A DNA stretch of 64,000 nt, taken from contig NC_087252.1 of assembly GCF_037042905.1 (NCBI RefSeq), forward strand, positions 6,634,001 to 6,698,000, given 5' to 3'. The stretch is from Lytechinus pictus (taxonomy: Eukaryota). A program made the translations under genes and the position numbers. Below the pieces are notes generated by a model. That model did not search any database. It had not been told where the DNA came from and saw only the letters and a program-made list of their open reading frames with translations. Below are positions 60,098 to 64,000 of the stretch, one piece after another; the first letter of the stretch is position 1, and each line of letters begins with the position of its first letter.

Positions 60098-63079
60098 CTG
60101 TGAAAATTAAAAGATAAGGACAATGAGAAGACTGTTAACTATAACAATATGATGTCATTAATGATGAATTATAAATCATGTAAATAGATATCATTCAGCA
60201 TTGTTCATCAAGCAAATTCATAACTGGATGTTTTGTTTTACATTTCAATACTGTTAATGAATTTAAATCAACATCAAAAGTTACAAAGTTATTACAAATG
60301 CAAATCATAAAAAGGGGAGAAGAAAAACAAACGTTTACGAAGTAAAGGGGGGATATGCGACGAATTAATTACTCAAATTAAATATCTGCATTTGAAAATA
60401 AAGAGCAGGCTTGTCTGTTATCCTTAAAATAGATAACACTCTATTCATAGTGGAGGTTGCTTAGCATGGCTCAATTATTATAGGCGGTTTGCTTAGTATA
60501 ACAATATAATTAACACACTCATATGTGGGCCTCTGGTTGTAAAGGAAAGGTGCATAACAGCAGGAAATCAAACTGTTTGGAAGAAAGAAATATATTTTAG
60601 TCTTACATGAGTCTTTTCTAGAACCCTTTCCAAATCCTTCAGGATCAGGTCAAAGTTGGTCCTATTTGTAGGGTTCTTCTCCCAGCACCCAGTCATAATC
60701 GCATATCTGTGATATAAGATAAGGATTCTTTATGTGCACTTCGATAACCATTTTAGTCAGCCACAACAGTCATTTTGCACGAATATTACATTTGTGGTTT
60801 TATTTCAGCACCCATATTTGGTTATTTTAACGCATTAGGATTATGGTTACTCGGAGGACGGATTGTCGTTCTTCACACTGTATAGCACTCACTGTATATA
60901 GTAGTTTTACACTTAATTACGCCTAAAACTTCCACTAATGTATTTTAGTAAGATTCCCAATGGCATCCTTTTATTGGAATTCATGAAGAGAGATAAATCA
61001 AAAGATAAGATATAAAGAAAGACTTTGCTGCTCTGAATATTATAAGATACCTGGAACTATTACCAATATTTATCTAGTCAATGTTACATCTTATCAAAAT
61101 CACATCACTTTTAGCATTAATCGTGGCGCCAGTTATTAAGTATTATATAAATTTATTCATTTACAAAGCTGTCTACTTTTATTTACATTTATATTTCTGT
61201 AACCCGATTGGGATTATTAAAATGATATATTTTCATATCATGATCAACTTGTTCATCTTTCATTATATTTTCTTTAAAAACACTTATTGCTCAAGGTTAA
61301 GACGGCTGAGTAAAATTGAAATTACACTTCTTGTGCACAGTGACGAGGGCGTGGCATCTGGTAACCATTAGCAACCTCCGTCTGGACAGTGGTAAAGGTC
61401 ATATTAGGGTATGGCCTTGCACCTATCAGAATAAAGGAAATTAGCATGATGATATTCTGAAATATATGAATATTGGACATTTCCAAGTTTTTGTACCGTT
61501 TAATAGAGCTGAAAATATTGCTTTAATATATTTATTCAAGCATTATAGTAAATAACTCTTCACATCTTCAATTAAAACTTTCAGCGTTTGCGTGTATTCT
61601 TCATTTGAATAAGTTTATCTATATCTTAGATCCCTTCAACATGTCCGACATCACACGGCGTTTCAATTTTAAGAACAATTCTGATTTCATCACCTTCCAA
61701 AGCGTATTGAGTATTAGTATTGTTTTAATGTCTCTGTCACTGTTTGAGGCATGTTATAACTAAGTAAAAGCAAAATCGAGGTAGTAGTACAGTAGTAATG
61801 GTAGTCAAGGTTTTGTTGTTGCTTTTGTTTCATTAAGCCTATTATCATTATCATTTTATCCTCGACAATTCGTGTATTTCACAACCACCATCATTACCAT
61901 TACTATTTTCTGATATATACTGTAGATATGGAAATGTAATGTCATAGGCTAGTAAACGTTTACACTCAGTTCGAATAAACAGAAGATATTACTAAAAGAA
62001 ATAAACAAATCATTCTTTAAATTGTTATGACAGGAAATATTTTTTACAATTTCACAGAACAGGTCTGTTTAAAGGAAAAGGGAGAAAAGTTTTATTACAA
62101 TAAATTTGTAACGTTCACCAGATACCCATTTTCTCTGATTTTACTTAAATGTATCTAAGATTACACAGTGCAGTACGATTTCTGGTATTCTCAGGACTCT
62201 GCTGCTGGAATTTTTGTTGTTTTAAGTAAACATTTTCTAACAGTGCACGCGTAGCTTCTGTAACCTCATTTCTTACCTAGTGTGACAATTTCCCACAATA
62301 CGATACCAAATGACCAGATGTCTCCTTCTGTTGTTTGATCACCCGTTGTCATGGTTTCTGGTGAACTCCATCTTTTAGGTTTCTGGGACGGTGTACAAAT
62401 TGCACATAATCGTATGATCGCGATACTTCAAACGATTAGAAATTACAATATATAGTTAACGTAATATATCACATATGTATACTGGCCGAATTAGGTATTG
62501 AAAGACTGGTAAAATTGCAGGCTTGGGAAAGAAGTCACAAGTCTCGAGTCTTCAGGTCTCAGCTCCGTTATCAGATTTTAGCATTTATCTTCAAAAAAAG
62601 GAGAAAGAGCTTAAAGCAAACCAAAAACCAGGGGCGGATCAAGGATTTTTTTTAAGGGGGTGGGCACATTTTTCCGACGAAAATTTTACAAGCCAAAAAA
62701 AAAAGTTTTTTTTACCAAAAAATTAATGATATTTCGTCCCCGAAAAAAAGTTGGCAAGCATGCAAAAAAAAAACAACAACAACAACAACAAAGGATTCAG
62801 TTAAAAAAAGGAGGGAGGGCCCACACTTCAGTTTTAATGGCATTTCACATTACAAACTTTAATCTTGCTTCTCAAGGGGGGGGGGGGGTCACGGGCCGGC
62901 AGCCTCCCCCCACGGATCCGCCAGTGCCAAAACATATAACATTTATTATTGTTAGGCAAAACGATCATACCTACAGCTACGTCACCAAAGAGTGATGGAG
63001 AAAGTCCATAGTCTGATATCTTGCATTGCTTTCTTTCTCCTAGTAACACATTGTGAGCGCAGAGAGCACCATGGATGAT
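60038..63079 (-). CDS. Gene 3 (5' part outside window): tandem paralog of gene 2; join(63079..62975,62382..62277,61422..61326,60706..60607,60097..60038)
   Basis: Exon sizes identical to gene 2 (105,106,97,100,60), same phases, no stops or frameshifts. Confidence 0.88.
60607..60706 (-). CDS. Gene 3 kinase XI
   Basis: cacag|A TAT; YAIMTGCWEKNPTNRTNFDLILKDLERVLEKTH|gtaaga. Confidence 0.9.
61326..61422 (-). CDS. Gene 3 kinase X
   Basis: gatag|GT; GARPYPNMTFTTVQTEVANGYQMPRPRHCAQEV. Confidence 0.9.
62277..62382 (-). CDS. Gene 3 kinase VIII-IX
   Basis: tcccag|AAA; KPKRWSSPETM...GDIWSFGIVLWEIVTL; G|gtaaga. Confidence 0.9.
62629..62926. mobile_element. Short hAT-like MITE in a gene 3 intron
   Basis: CAGGGGCGGATC...GATCCGCCAGTG; CCAAAA-starting flank duplication. 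Confidence 0.5.
62975..63079 (-). CDS. Gene 3 kinase VIb-VII (IIHGALCAHNVLL...KISDYGLS)
   Basis: ttattgag|ATC...GCT|gtaggt. Confidence 0.88.
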
Positions 63080-63285
63080 CTCAATAAAAATAAAGGAAAA
63101 TCAGCTAATGTAACTTAATCTATGAAATCATTAGGGCATTTGTTGTGTATGTGGATCTTTGTTGCAAATAGAAAAATCTATATTCTTTCCTCTCCATTGG
63201 TTGATAGAAAAGAACGGTAAACCGCTCCTATGCTAATTGTATGATTAATAATTCGTTTTAAAGGTAATTTAAATGTATGTATTAA

Positions 63286-63970
63286 CCCTAAAAGAACTGT
63301 GCTATTGAGGACCCTACGCCCCCCCCCCCTCCTCTGATCTCGGCCGCCGTTCGCGCAAAAAAATTGACACGCACATTCTTTGCCACCTAAACTATACGAT
63401 CCAGTATAAAACAAAATCTGAAAAATATATTTTTAATTTATTATGAATAGAATATGCAAATTTATTCGTGAAAAACATTATTTGCAAATTTTAACACCCA
63501 ATTTCACTTCAAATTTTCTCTCTTTTTTCCACATGTCATCTCTGAAATCTAATTCAAAGTTTTCCATAACAAAAAAGTGCGAAAGCCAATTTTTTCCTTA
63601 TGTATTTCGTATTTTTTAGACTTTCTTTTGTATTTTCTTTGTTTTTAATCTGTTGTTTTTCATTGTTTTTTCAATGGAAATTATTACGGACTATTAAACA
63701 ACTTAATTAAACCATAAAGTAATTAAGCAGACCAATTACAAAACAAAAATATTCACCCTTTTATGAATTTTATTTCCCATTGTACACAAAGTATAATAAT
63801 AAGCCATTTTGACATTGTCTCGTAAAAAGTCACGTAGCGTCGCGATGCAACATGTATACCTGTATGTCGCAAATTTTGTCTCAAAAATCATAAAATTTTG
63901 AGGTGCATTCTGTTTGCATTTCGGAAATATCGCGTTAAGCGTCGAGGGGGGGGGGGGTCTGCAACCCAAG
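63286..63970. mobile_element. piggyBac-like MITE, sister copy
   Basis: TTAA|CCCTAAAAG start; internal similarity to 29400-29790; right end not resolved. Confidence 0.5.
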
Positions 63971-64000
63971 GAGAGGATGGCTAGGCCCTACTAGAAATAT

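Noticed and set aside
60038-63079. Gene 3 as an uncollapsed haplotype of gene 2
   Set aside because: Many exon substitutions, a different stop codon and substantially different intron lengths and TE content point to a true paralog.

Overview
AT-rich, intron-rich eukaryotic DNA, most likely from an echinoderm such as a sea urchin (inferred from the HYR/FA58C/C-type lectin modules and the repeat landscape). I rebuilt three spliced genes by hand from GT-AG boundaries and codon phase. (1) Gene 1, + strand, 5' end outside the window (406..23403): a probably secreted HYR-HYR-FA58C(discoidin)-C-type lectin (EPN) protein. (2) Gene 2, - strand, apparently complete (55495..30244, 16-17 exons, about 746-760 aa): signal peptide, V-type Ig, two further Ig domains, Thr-rich stalk, CxxC hinge, TM helix, a canonical ITAM-spaced tyrosine pair (YEMI-x6-YTTL) and a tyrosine-kinase-fold domain lacking every catalytic landmark (VAIK>VAIR, no alphaC Glu, HRD>HGA, DFG>EYG). 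(3) Gene 3, the 3' five exons of a tandem paralog of gene 2 (63079..60038), keeping the same dead catalytic loop with intact frames. Introns hold nested non-autonomous elements: a Transib-like MITE with perfect RSS heptamer CACAGTG ends and a 5-bp TSD, two TAG...CTA Academ-like long-TIR elements, hAT, Tc1/mariner, Harbinger, CACT-type, Helentron-like, piggyBac- and Kolobok-like MITEs, tRNA-derived SINEs, LINE relics, a Penelope-like tRNA-containing insertion and a degenerate hammerhead. One 154-N assembly gap. No databases were searched; family names rest on motif recognition.
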